Source: a virus. Taken from it: a DNA stretch of 64,000 nucleotides. The stretch lies in the IMG/VR virus record IMGVR_UViG_3300033148_007408, positions 38,656-102,655 of that record; one strand, written 5' to 3'. A model generated the notes under the pieces. That model did not search any database. It was not told where the DNA came from and saw only the letters and a list, made by a program, of their open reading frames with translations. Positions 48,475 to 58,071 of the stretch are shown here, piece by piece (within the stretch, counting starts at the first letter, position 1; each line of letters begins with the position of its first letter). A program made the translations under genes and the position numbers.

Positions 48475-49832
48475 ATATTTTGATAATAAACTTCCCACTT
48501 CGTTCGGGTATGTCTCAACGGTTTTTTTCGCTTGGTTTGGGCTATATAGCAACAGCAATAAAAAACGCCGGATTTGCGTTTGACCTAATAGATTTAGATG
48601 TGAATAGAAACCAAGGGTTAAAGTTTGCAAAATCCTATGACGTGGTATGCATGGGGTCATTAATCTCGGGGTATAAGAAAATTAAACACATTTTACTTGA
48701 GGTGAGAAAGTTTAATCCGCATGCCAAGATTATAGTGGGAAATTCAGTGGCAACTTCAATTCCGAATCTTTTATTAAACAACACAGAGGCCGACATAGTA
48801 GTAATGTCCGAGGGTGATGAGACTATCGTAGATTTGTTAAACACGATTAAACATGAAAAAAGTATAGACGATGTTCGCGGCATTTGTTATAAACACAATG
48901 GTCGAATAGTATATACTGAGCAACGAAAGGCAATTAAAAATATTTCACTTATTCCAAATGTAGATTTTGACATTTTTGACATAGAGGGGTATATTAAAAA
49001 TAGTGACGTAGATGAGTCCGATGAATTAATTGGAAAAGATATAAGACCGCTGGCAATTAATACTGCTCGTGGTTGTCCCTTTAATTGTACCTTCTGCTAT
49101 CACACTTTCAAGTCCATTAAATATCGTCGTCGAAGTCCGCAGTCAATAGTGTCAGAGATTAAAAATCTCATTAAAAAATACGGTATAAATTATGTTAAGT
49201 TTTATGACGAACTAACCTTTTTTACTAAAAAACAGGCAAATGATTTTGCCGAAGAAGTATTATCTTCTGGTCTTAATATATACTGGGTGGCACAATGTAG
49301 GGCTAATCTATTTAACGCACAAGACATAGATATAGTTAAAAAAATGAAAGATGCTGGTTGCTGTGGAATGGGTTATTCTCTTGAGTCTTCCGATGCGTCT
49401 ATATTATGTGCTATGAATAAAAAAATATCGGTTAAACATTTTTCTGAACAAAGCAAACTTCTTCAAGACGCTGGTATTTCAACTTGGACATCTTTGGTGT
49501 TAGGCTATCCGCAAGAGACACCGGAAACCATTAGGAAGACATTTGAGTGTTGTACCAGAAGTAATATTTATCCGTCAATTGGGTTTTTATTACCACAGCC
49601 GGCGTCGGTTATGTATGAATATGCCATTGAGCATGGTTTTATCCAAAATGAAGAAGAGTATATTCTAAAAATGGGCGACAGACAAGATTTGACAGTTAAT
49701 ATGACTCAAATGTCCAATGATGAGTTTGAATCTATTATTGCCGAGGAAGCACAAAAATGTAATGAAGCGTTACGAATGGGGCTTGAAAAGGATAAGTTGA
49801 TTAAAACTTCATTTTATAGAATTACCAAATAA
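48471..49832 (+). CDS. B12-binding radical SAM enzyme (class B methyltransferase-like)
   Basis: SLGLGYIA, SEGDETI, TARGCPFNCTFC, FYDELT, SLESS, GYPQET, PQPAS. Confidence 0.93.
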   Translation: MNILIINFPLRSGMSQRFFSLGLGYIATAIKNAGFAFDLIDLDVNRNQGLKFAKSYDVVCMGSLISGYKKIKHILLEVRKFNPHAKIIVGNSVATSIPNLLLNNTEADIVVMSEGDETIVDLLNTIKHEKSIDDVRGICYKHNGRIVYTEQRKAIKNISLIPNVDFDIFDIEGYIKNSDVDESDELIGKDIRPLAINTARGCPFNCTFCYHTFKSIKYRRRSPQSIVSEIKNLIKKYGINYVKFYDELTFFTKKQANDFAEEVLSSGLNIYWVAQCRANLFNAQDIDIVKKMKDAGCCGMGYSLESSDASILCAMNKKISVKHFSEQSKLLQDAGISTWTSLVLGYPQETPETIRKTFECCTRSNIYPSIGFLLPQPASVMYEYAIEHGFIQNEEEYILKMGDRQDLTVNMTQMSNDEFESIIAEEAQKCNEALRMGLEKDKLIKTSFYRITK

Positions 49833-49854
49833 ATTATTAAGTTGGGAGATACAA

Positions 49855-50847
49855 ATGTCGGTTAAAATTATTGCTGAAATTGCACAAGGATACGAGGGCG
49901 ATGTGGATTTAGCAAAACTACTAGTTAAGGCCGCGTGTAAGACAAAAACCGATGCGGTTAAATTACAATGTGTTTATGTAGATGAGTTAGCAGTACCAGC
50001 ATATAAACATTACAAATTGTTTAAGAGCCTCGAAATGGCAACAGATGTATGGGCAGATCTTGTTGAAATGGCCCACTATGAAAAAAAAGAAATTTATTTT
50101 GATATATTTGGCAAAAAGAGTTTGGAAATTGCATTGGCTAGCGGGGTCGACGGAGTAAAGTTGCATTCGACGGACTTTTTTAATGATGAATTGGCACAAG
50201 AAGTGTTTTTGAATTTTAATAAGATTTTTGTATCTATAGGTGGTATTGAATTGTCGGAAATAAGAGAGTTTTTGGATCGATACAATACCGGCGACAAAGA
50301 TCTGTGTCTTATGTTCGGACACCAAGCTGAGCCCACCCCAATACATGATAACAATATCAATAGATTAAAAATTCTAGCCGAAGAATTTAGGGGTGTTAAA
50401 TTAGGTTTCATGGACCATTCGGAGTTTTGTTCAGAAGAGGTTCAAACATTATCCCTATTGGCTTTGCCGTGCGGAGTGGATTATATTGAAAAACATATTA
50501 CATTAGATCATAAATTATTGTTAGAGGATTATGTGTCTGCTATTACTCCGACCGAGTTTGATATTTTTATAAATCGAATTGAAACCCATGAGAGGGCGCT
50601 TGGAGAAAATAATTTCATTTTGGACGCTGGTGATTTGGAATATAGAAATAGAAAAACCAAAGTTATTGTAGCCGGCAAAGATTTAGTATCCAGACATCAA
50701 ATATCCCAAGATGATATAGCGTTAAAAAGAGTAAATTATACCAACACTCGTCCAGAATGTTTTCGAGTTAAATCGGATGTAGTGGGAAAAACAACGAATA
50801 GGCTTATTAAAGAGAATGAGTTAATATCATATGAGGATTTGAAATGA
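49855..50847 (+). CDS. Nonulosonic acid synthase 2 (divergent NeuB family) with AFP/SAF domain
   Basis: IIAEIAQGYEGD, AVKLQ, KLHSTD, GFMDHS, IEKHIT, DIALKR...VVGK. Confidence 0.88.
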   Translation: MSVKIIAEIAQGYEGDVDLAKLLVKAACKTKTDAVKLQCVYVDELAVPAYKHYKLFKSLEMATDVWADLVEMAHYEKKEIYFDIFGKKSLEIALASGVDGVKLHSTDFFNDELAQEVFLNFNKIFVSIGGIELSEIREFLDRYNTGDKDLCLMFGHQAEPTPIHDNNINRLKILAEEFRGVKLGFMDHSEFCSEEVQTLSLLALPCGVDYIEKHITLDHKLLLEDYVSAITPTEFDIFINRIETHERALGENNFILDAGDLEYRNRKTKVIVAGKDLVSRHQISQDDIALKRVNYTNTRPECFRVKSDVVGKTTNRLIKENELISYEDLK

Positions 50848-51599
50848 GAAAATTGGTTGCCTGTTTGGCGTGCAGAAATGATGGAACTAGGCTGTATGGA
50901 AAGCCCATGCAGAATTTGGATGTTCAAGGCGGGGTCTCGGTACTTAAACACATTGTGGACATGCTCAAACGCATAAAAGCAATAGATTCTATTGTTTTGG
51001 GCATTGCTCTCGGTCCGAGTAATGATATATTTGTAGATTTTGCTAATAAAAATAATATTCCATATATTCTGGGATCCGAGGATGGAGTTTTCGATAGACT
51101 TATCCATTGCTGTAAACTGGTTGGCGGAACGGACATATTTAGAATTACTACCGAATCGCCATTTACATATTTTGAAAAAATAGACTCGGCCTGGCAAACG
51201 CACATTAAAAACACTAATGATTTAACTATATTGGATGATTTAGTGCCAGAGGGATGTCATTTTGAAATAATTACCCTCGCTGCATTCGAATTTGCCAAAA
51301 AGCACGGCGAAGATAGGCATAAAAAAGAATTTTGCACTCTTTATTTTAAAGAAAATATAGAAAAGTTTAAGTTCTGTCGTATTCCGGTGAAAGATGAGAT
51401 GAAAAGAATTGGAGATGTTAGACTAACCATAGATAATCCGGAGGATCTTGTTGTTTGTCGAGCCGTTTACAAGGCACTCAAAAAAGATGCACCATTAATC
51501 AAGCCAAAGGATATAATCGAATTTTTAGATAAAAATAATTATCTAAAACTGCTCGTTAAAAAATATATAATAGATACAGGTTTTTGGGACGGACTATGA
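50844..51599 (+). CDS. SpsF-type cytidylyltransferase 2
   Basis: LACRNDGTRLYGKP, RITTESPF, PEGCHFE, RLTIDNPEDL. Confidence 0.88.
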   Translation: MRKLVACLACRNDGTRLYGKPMQNLDVQGGVSVLKHIVDMLKRIKAIDSIVLGIALGPSNDIFVDFANKNNIPYILGSEDGVFDRLIHCCKLVGGTDIFRITTESPFTYFEKIDSAWQTHIKNTNDLTILDDLVPEGCHFEIITLAAFEFAKKHGEDRHKKEFCTLYFKENIEKFKFCRIPVKDEMKRIGDVRLTIDNPEDLVVCRAVYKALKKDAPLIKPKDIIEFLDKNNYLKLLVKKYIIDTGFWDGL

Positions 51600-52633
51600 T
51601 TGGTTTTTTTGTGAAATACTCATCTTTAATGAGAATCTTTGGTCCAATAGCCAAACAGATAAATGCCCTTGGTGCCGATTATGTCGTTTTTCTGCCCGAG
51701 AAACTGCGCGGACACCCGTATGAAGCTTCGGTAGAAAAAGTAAGTGCGGGACATCCGAATTTTTTATCCAAGGCAAGGGATGTGAGGACATTTGGTCATG
51801 AGTGCAACCTTGATGGCATTTCTAAAATATTTACCGTTGGGATAAGTTTTCTTTCCGAAGATTTTATTAATCGCGTAAAGGAAAAAGAGATCAAACTTTT
51901 TAACCTGTTATATTTTACTGAAGCATTAGTTACCAGACGCAATAGGCAAATACTCTGTCCGGATAGGGTATACTATCCGTCCAAATATATCAGAGATTTA
52001 ACACTGGAACATTTTGGCATTGAACCTAATCGAAAAAGAGATAGATTGTTCGGTATGCCGTTTTTTGAAAATATAGAGTTTAAGAGTAATTCGTGCAAGC
52101 TTTCTGGCGATAAAGTAATCATTCTCGTTCCTTCGCTTAAAAAAAGACATCAGTTGTCGGATGCTTTTGATAAAAAGGTAAAAATACTTTCTAGGTTTGT
52201 AAGCCGTGTTGCTAAAAAAAGCGAAATTATTGTAAAAACGAGGGAGAAAATATACATTCCGCCCCCAATAATAAAATTGGCAAGTTCGATAATATTAGAT
52301 GATGTAAGTGTTAACGACATGCTCAAAATATCTAGAAATGTAATTATGTTTTATTCGAATGGCATTTATGAATATGTTTTGGGTGGTGCAAATATCATAA
52401 ATGTTCCAATGGTTATAAAGGATAAATCGGGGTATTTCGGTTATCAAAAGCAATCTTTGTTTAATTGGCCTACGGTCGTAAGGCACCTCTCTTGGGCCGA
52501 AACTAGAACTTTTGATAAATTTAAAACGAGTCGCTTTAGGGACGGTGAAAAGAAAAAATGGATTGAAAAATTTATAGGGCTTAAGTACTACAAAAACATC
52601 TCTAGGCGTATAGCAGAGGATATATTGGTCTGA
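51596..52633 (+). CDS. Divergent GT-B putative transferase, family B
   Basis: RDRLFGMPFFE, IVKTREK, MFYSNGIYEYVLGG; paralog of 29724 and 46595. Confidence 0.5.
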   Translation: MIGFFVKYSSLMRIFGPIAKQINALGADYVVFLPEKLRGHPYEASVEKVSAGHPNFLSKARDVRTFGHECNLDGISKIFTVGISFLSEDFINRVKEKEIKLFNLLYFTEALVTRRNRQILCPDRVYYPSKYIRDLTLEHFGIEPNRKRDRLFGMPFFENIEFKSNSCKLSGDKVIILVPSLKKRHQLSDAFDKKVKILSRFVSRVAKKSEIIVKTREKIYIPPPIIKLASSIILDDVSVNDMLKISRNVIMFYSNGIYEYVLGGANIINVPMVIKDKSGYFGYQKQSLFNWPTVVRHLSWAETRTFDKFKTSRFRDGEKKKWIEKFIGLKYYKNISRRIAEDILV

Positions 52634-52634
52634 T

Positions 52635-53735
52635 ATGGAAAAGAAACAAAAAATTGCTATAATAATGCACGGAGCAAGGTTCTTAAAAAACTTTATTTCA
52701 TATAAAAATAGATCGGACGTTGATCAGATTTTATTAGTACCCAGGGAGGTGGAGCATAAGAGATTTGGCATATCCGATGTTAAAATTTATGATGCGCGAG
52801 AGCAAATAGATCGTTATTTGAGGAAGTTTAAGCCCAATTTTTGTATTCAGGCGTCCACAGATTTTACAAACTATAGATATTTTTTGAAAACCAAAGTTAG
52901 GAAAGTATTTGTGTCGCCGGGAATGTATGCAGATTCTGATGAAGTAAGAAGGATTCTTTTTAGGGAGCGAAAAAAATTCAAAATTTTTGATTTAATATTC
53001 GTGGCATCCGAAAGAGAAAAGGAACTATTTGAGTGCATGAGAATCCCAGAGAAAAAAATAAGAGCCGTATCTCTTCCGCAATTTGATTTGCTTGGTAAAG
53101 ATAGATATCACGAATATAGAACATCTTTATTATCGCAACTCAAGTTTGTTCCAGAAAAGATAATTTTATTTGCCGGCGATAGATACTCAAACTCTGCGGA
53201 TGTAAGAAGAGTCAGAGACAATTATGATACAATTTTAAAACTTTCCGAAATAGTAAGGCATAGGAACTGGCTTGTTTTGATCAAACCCAAAAGCAACAAT
53301 ATGTTAGAATTTATAGAGAGAGATAGCCTTGGTTTTTCCGAGGGTTACATAAGAAAATTTCATAACGCTTTGAAAAATGATCATGTGGTGGTGTTAAAAT
53401 TTAGTGATTGGTTTTATCCATATTTTTTTGCTGATGTGATAATAGATAATGGCGGGTCTACGGTTGCAATAGAGGCTTGTCTGGCAAATCGACCATCAAT
53501 ATCAATTTCCGAGAGACAATCTTTTGCAGAAATGGATAGCCACGGGGTACTTGGTTCTGATGCGAGTTTTTATCTAAGTGATATGTTGGATTTGCTTAAG
53601 TGTATTTATGAAGCAAATTACACTAGTGATATTGGGATGGCCCAAAATAACTTTTTAGACAAAATAGGATTAGTTAAGAGCCCCGAATCGAGCAATGGTT
53701 TAATTGATGCCATATTAAAAGAATACGGGGTTTGA
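52635..53735 (+). CDS. Divergent GT-B (TagF-like) putative transferase, family A
   Basis: LPQFDL, ILFAG, NWLVLIKP, YFFADV...STVAIEACLANRP; paralog of 45471. Confidence 0.6.
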   Translation: MEKKQKIAIIMHGARFLKNFISYKNRSDVDQILLVPREVEHKRFGISDVKIYDAREQIDRYLRKFKPNFCIQASTDFTNYRYFLKTKVRKVFVSPGMYADSDEVRRILFRERKKFKIFDLIFVASEREKELFECMRIPEKKIRAVSLPQFDLLGKDRYHEYRTSLLSQLKFVPEKIILFAGDRYSNSADVRRVRDNYDTILKLSEIVRHRNWLVLIKPKSNNMLEFIERDSLGFSEGYIRKFHNALKNDHVVVLKFSDWFYPYFFADVIIDNGGSTVAIEACLANRPSISISERQSFAEMDSHGVLGSDASFYLSDMLDLLKCIYEANYTSDIGMAQNNFLDKIGLVKSPESSNGLIDAILKEYGV

Positions 53736-53736
53736 G

Positions 53737-54495
53737 ATGCTGTCTAATTGTGAGAACAACAGGATTTTGATTATTGGATCTGGGCCATCAACTAAAAATA
53801 TTGTCAGGTATAAAAACTGTCTCAAAGAATGTTTCGATGTAATAATAGGAATTAATAGTGTATTTTTGGAATTTGAGGATCTTCTAAACTTTCATATGAT
53901 TCCAGAGGCAAATGCGTTTCAAGAATATGATTTATTAAACGATAAAAAAATAATAAAAAACCCGCTGACCCCTAGAATAGTGGATGAAAGCAATATAAAA
54001 TGCGTGGATAAACCATTGAACGTGATTGGTTGCAAAAAAGTAAATATCGATTATCTTTCAAGTTTTAAAAGATATGATGGGAAATCTTTATATAACTTGG
54101 CAGAAAAATTTGATGATTCGTTCGGTCCAATCGGAACTGCATTCTTACAATCGCTTCATTTTGCGGTAATGCTTGGCGCACAATCTATATTTATAATAGG
54201 AAGTGAGTTTTGTTTTGCCGATTCTTCTGATAGGTTTTATAATACTAAATTTTACTCAAACCTATCTGGTGGCATTTATGAAAAAACCAAGATAATCCGT
54301 GGTAATAGAACTTACAATACCATGCTTGCGTTTAAATTGGCAGCGTTGACGGCAGATTTTGCTATAAATAAGTTTATTTTACCAGAAGGTATAAAAATAT
54401 ATGACTTTTCGAATGGGCTTATGTCTTCTCCAAAAAAATTAGATTTGGACAAGTTTATGTGTTCAAACGGAGTGCAGAATGAAGGTTGTGTTTGA
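53737..54495 (+). CDS. Maf/DUF115-like putative nonulosonate transferase 2
   Basis: ILIIGSGPST, IIGIN, GTAFLQSLHFAVMLGAQSIFIIG. Confidence 0.78.
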   Translation: MLSNCENNRILIIGSGPSTKNIVRYKNCLKECFDVIIGINSVFLEFEDLLNFHMIPEANAFQEYDLLNDKKIIKNPLTPRIVDESNIKCVDKPLNVIGCKKVNIDYLSSFKRYDGKSLYNLAEKFDDSFGPIGTAFLQSLHFAVMLGAQSIFIIGSEFCFADSSDRFYNTKFYSNLSGGIYEKTKIIRGNRTYNTMLAFKLAALTADFAINKFILPEGIKIYDFSNGLMSSPKKLDLDKFMCSNGVQNEGCV

Positions 54496-54847
54496 TATAG
54501 ATGGGGTAATTTGCACTAATACATGGGGAAATTATGCAAAGGCGAAACCTCATTTAGAAATGATTGCTTTTATTAACAAATTACACGACGATGGAAATGA
54601 GATAATTTTTCATTCTGCTCGTGGGTTTGGAACATGCGGTGGTGTAATAAAAGATATAAACGCAAAATGGTATGATTTTACCGTGAAACAATTGTACGAT
54701 TGGGGTGTAAAATATAACTTTTTAACATTAGGAAAGCCAGACGGGCAAATATATGTAGATGACAAAGCATTTAGGGCGAATGGAAATACATGTGGCGATA
54801 TTAGTCGGCTTGAACTTTACATTGAAGGGTTGGATGCCAATGGTTAA
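54479..54847 (+). CDS. Small HAD-family phosphatase (capsule-biosynthesis type)
   Basis: FDIDGVIC, HSARG, GKP...YVDDKA. Confidence 0.88.
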   Translation: MKVVFDIDGVICTNTWGNYAKAKPHLEMIAFINKLHDDGNEIIFHSARGFGTCGGVIKDINAKWYDFTVKQLYDWGVKYNFLTLGKPDGQIYVDDKAFRANGNTCGDISRLELYIEGLDANG

Positions 54848-55505
54848 TGTATGTATAATTCCCGCTAGAGGCGGATCTAAAGGAATACCGCATAAAAATA
54901 TTAAATTGTTAAATGATAGACCGCTTATATACTATTCTATTTGCGCGGCCCAGCAATCAAAAAAGTTTGATTGCATAACAGTGTCTTCGGATAGTCAAAA
55001 AATATGTGATTTGGCTCAAAGTTATGGCGCTCAAACCCGAAGAAGACCCGCTTGTCTTGCAGTAGATTGGGTTCATTCTGTGCATGTCGTTTTAGATTGT
55101 ATAAAGTTTTATGGCTTAAAGGGCACTGATCTAATATGTATGCTTCTTCCCACCGCACCGCTGAGGGTTGGTCGGGATATAATAGGAGCGGTGGAGAGTT
55201 TTAATCCCAACAGATACGATTCACTAGTAAGTGTGTGCGAGTTTAATGGTGTGATGTCAAGTTTTAGATTTGTAGAAAAAGATATTTTGATTCCAGTTGT
55301 TTCCACGAATAATTTTGAAAACCAAAGGCAGGACTCGAAAACGATATACGAAGTGAATGGATCGATATATATCTCAACAGTAAAAAATCTGATAGACAAT
55401 AAAAGTTTTCACAAAGGAAAAGTTCAACCCTTTATTATGGAAAGAGAGAGGTCGATAGATATAAATGATAAATATGATTGGAAGATCGCAGAGGCTTTAA
55501 TATGA
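54840..55505 (+). CDS. neuA: CMP-nonulosonic acid synthetase (NeuA/PseF family)
   Basis: IIPARGGSKGIPHKNIK, VSSDS, LLPTAPLR, RQD...YEVNGSIYI, SIDINDKYDW. Confidence 0.92.
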   Translation: MVNVCIIPARGGSKGIPHKNIKLLNDRPLIYYSICAAQQSKKFDCITVSSDSQKICDLAQSYGAQTRRRPACLAVDWVHSVHVVLDCIKFYGLKGTDLICMLLPTAPLRVGRDIIGAVESFNPNRYDSLVSVCEFNGVMSSFRFVEKDILIPVVSTNNFENQRQDSKTIYEVNGSIYISTVKNLIDNKSFHKGKVQPFIMERERSIDINDKYDWKIAEALI

Positions 55506-56641
55506 AAAAAATTTGGATGGTGGGTGCGTGGGCCAATAATTATGGTGATCGCATCTTGCAGAAGGCTAATGCAGATTTATTGAGCCGAATATCTGATTGT
55601 TGCTTCGCATATATAAACTGCCAGCAAACATATTTTTCTCGACAACTTATTGATTATCTAAACAAAGATGCCGATATGTTATTTTTGGCCGGCGGGGGGC
55701 TTATTTTTAATCGTCCGCAAGACAAATCATTCTCGGGCTGGCAATGGAATATAAAAAAGGAAGACATTGGGCATATCAAGGTTCCAATAGTCGTAAATGC
55801 CGTGGGGTATAATAAGTTTCCCGGCGACGCATCAGATTTCAAGTCAGGAATGTGGGATCACGTACAAGAAACAATAGATAGGTCGGTTCTTTTTTCTGTG
55901 CGTAATACAGGAACATACGAAAGACTAAACTGTGCCGGATTAAATACATCGGGAGTGGAAATTACCCCAGATTGCGGAATGTTTATAAAAGAAGAGCCAT
56001 TTGAACACGATATTTTTAGTCGAGGGTTTAAAATAGGATTAAATTGGGCTACAGATCGCATACAGCAAAGATTTGGCGAAAACTGGACGCAAAAATTGCT
56101 TGATGTATTAACTTGGTGTAAGGAAATGATTAAAGAAAAACAGGCAACCGTCTATCTTATCGAACATCTCATGCCTAATGAGTTAAATTACACTGCCAAA
56201 AAAATCGCTAGGGAAATGTTTGCCTCGGAGTTGGGAAAAAATGGTATTATTGTGCGTGATGAGCTAGAAACAGAGATGTATCCTATGTTCGATTATACCG
56301 CCTCTTTTTTTGCCAATATATATGGTAAAATGGATTTGGTAGTTGGAATGCGGGGACACAGTATGATTGTTCCATTTGGGCTTGGTGTGCCTATTATAGG
56401 ATTGGGGCAGCATAATAAAATTAAGTGGTTTTTAGAGGATGTGGGGCTTGAAGATTTTTTGGTGAGGTTAGATTGTGATAGTAATAAAAATGTAGCAGGC
56501 TTGGGGCGTCTAACCGATAGAATTTTTGACGATTTGGACTCCTACATGTGTACTATTAAACATAGCAGAGAAAATCAAACCAACCAATGCACAAAGTGGT
56601 TTGATAAAATAAGAAATATTTTGGAGCATTCTCATGGATAA
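55502..56641 (+). CDS. Polysaccharide pyruvyltransferase family protein
   Basis: NNYGDRIL, AGGGLIF, FSVRN, TPDCG, VVGMRGHSMI. Confidence 0.88.
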   Translation: MKKIWMVGAWANNYGDRILQKANADLLSRISDCCFAYINCQQTYFSRQLIDYLNKDADMLFLAGGGLIFNRPQDKSFSGWQWNIKKEDIGHIKVPIVVNAVGYNKFPGDASDFKSGMWDHVQETIDRSVLFSVRNTGTYERLNCAGLNTSGVEITPDCGMFIKEEPFEHDIFSRGFKIGLNWATDRIQQRFGENWTQKLLDVLTWCKEMIKEKQATVYLIEHLMPNELNYTAKKIAREMFASELGKNGIIVRDELETEMYPMFDYTASFFANIYGKMDLVVGMRGHSMIVPFGLGVPIIGLGQHNKIKWFLEDVGLEDFLVRLDCDSNKNVAGLGRLTDRIFDDLDSYMCTIKHSRENQTNQCTKWFDKIRNILEHSHG

Positions 56642-57473
56642 AATACTCTATATAGCAGAAATAGGACTGAATCATAACGGAGATATAAAAATTGCAAAAC
56701 AGATAATTGATGCTGCGGTTCAAGCGGGGGTCGATGCTGTAAAGTTTCAGAAAAGAACGCCGGATTTGTGTGTGCCCGAAGATCAAAAAAGTGTAATGCG
56801 AGAAACACCGTGGGGTCTAATGAGTTATTTGGATTATCGTCGTCGAATCGAGTTTGACGAAAAGGAATACGACGAAATAAATGAATATTGCGAACAGTGT
56901 GGCATTAGTTGGTTCGCCTCTTCGTGGGATATTCCGTCTCAAAAATTCTTGCGCAAATATAATTTGAGTTATAATAAAGTCGCGAGTGCCATGCTTACAT
57001 ATGAAGATTTATTACACGAAATGGCATCGGAGAAAAGACATACATTTATCTCAACCGGAATGTCTACATGGAACGAAATAGAATCTGCGGTTGAAATATT
57101 TAGACATTATGATTGTCCGTTCACCCTTATGCATTGTACATCAACATATCCTACCGCGATGGAAGAGTTGAATCTGAATGTAATACCCGTGCTCAAAGAC
57201 AAATTTCCAGACAGCGTGGGAGTGGGATTCTCTAATCATAGCCCAGGGATTTTGGCGTGTTCTTTGGCAGTTTCTCTAGGGGCAACTTGTGTTGAGGGAC
57301 ATTGCACTATTCGAAGAAATATGTGGGGAACCGATCAAAGCAATTCACTGGAACCAAATGGACTTGAAAAAATGATAAGAGATTGTAACAATGTACACAA
57401 GATTTTAGGAGATGGGACCAAAAAAGTATATGAAAGCGAAAAGCCGATAAGAAAAAAATTACGTAAATACTAA
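56634..57473 (+). CDS. Nonulosonic acid synthase 3 (NeuB family; no AFP domain)
   Basis: IAEIGLNHNGD, VKFQKRTP...RETPWG, KVASA, ISTGM, HCTSTYP, GFSNHS, GTDQSNSLEP. Confidence 0.93.
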   Translation: MDKILYIAEIGLNHNGDIKIAKQIIDAAVQAGVDAVKFQKRTPDLCVPEDQKSVMRETPWGLMSYLDYRRRIEFDEKEYDEINEYCEQCGISWFASSWDIPSQKFLRKYNLSYNKVASAMLTYEDLLHEMASEKRHTFISTGMSTWNEIESAVEIFRHYDCPFTLMHCTSTYPTAMEELNLNVIPVLKDKFPDSVGVGFSNHSPGILACSLAVSLGATCVEGHCTIRRNMWGTDQSNSLEPNGLEKMIRDCNNVHKILGDGTKKVYESEKPIRKKLRKY

Positions 57474-57484
57474 AGGAGTTTAAT

Positions 57485-58033
57485 ATGTTGGTTGGAGAAA
57501 AAATAACTTTAGGGGAAGTAGATCCCGAAAACATAGAACAACTTAGGATGTGGAGAAATGATCCGTCTATGAGAAAGTTTTTTAGAGAGTGGAAAGACAT
57601 AAGCAAGGATAAACAGCAACAGTGGTACGAAGAACGCGGCAACAATACCAATCCGAGCCATATTTACTTTCAAATAAAATCAAAAAATAAATTAATTGGA
57701 TGCTGTGGGCTTCATTATATCGATTGGCGAATTCGTTCTGTTGAGTTTTCTATATTTCTCGGTGTCGACAGGGGACAGGGGAAGGGAAAAGAAGCTCTGG
57801 TCCTCATGTGTGATTATGCTTTCAAAGAGGTTGGCGTCCATAAGGTTTGGTGCGAAGTATATGATAACAATCCGTCTGTCAATCTGTATAAAAAAGTTGG
57901 GTTTGTTGAAGAGGGAGTTCTCCGGGACAATTATTATCACGAGGGAAAATATGGTAATTCAATTATCATGTCCGTATTAGAGAATGAGTGGCGTGCTAAA
58001 TATGGAGACGGTGTATTGTGGGGAGATTTATAA
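57485..58033 (+). CDS. GNAT acetyltransferase (PseH-like)
   Basis: LRMWRNDP, RGQGKGKEAL, HKVWCEVYDNN, LYKKVGFVEEGVLRD. Confidence 0.9.
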   Translation: MLVGEKITLGEVDPENIEQLRMWRNDPSMRKFFREWKDISKDKQQQWYEERGNNTNPSHIYFQIKSKNKLIGCCGLHYIDWRIRSVEFSIFLGVDRGQGKGKEALVLMCDYAFKEVGVHKVWCEVYDNNPSVNLYKKVGFVEEGVLRDNYYHEGKYGNSIIMSVLENEWRAKYGDGVLWGDL

Positions 58034-58071
58034 CAAAAACCGAAAATCAAAATGCCAAAAAGGAGGCAAGT

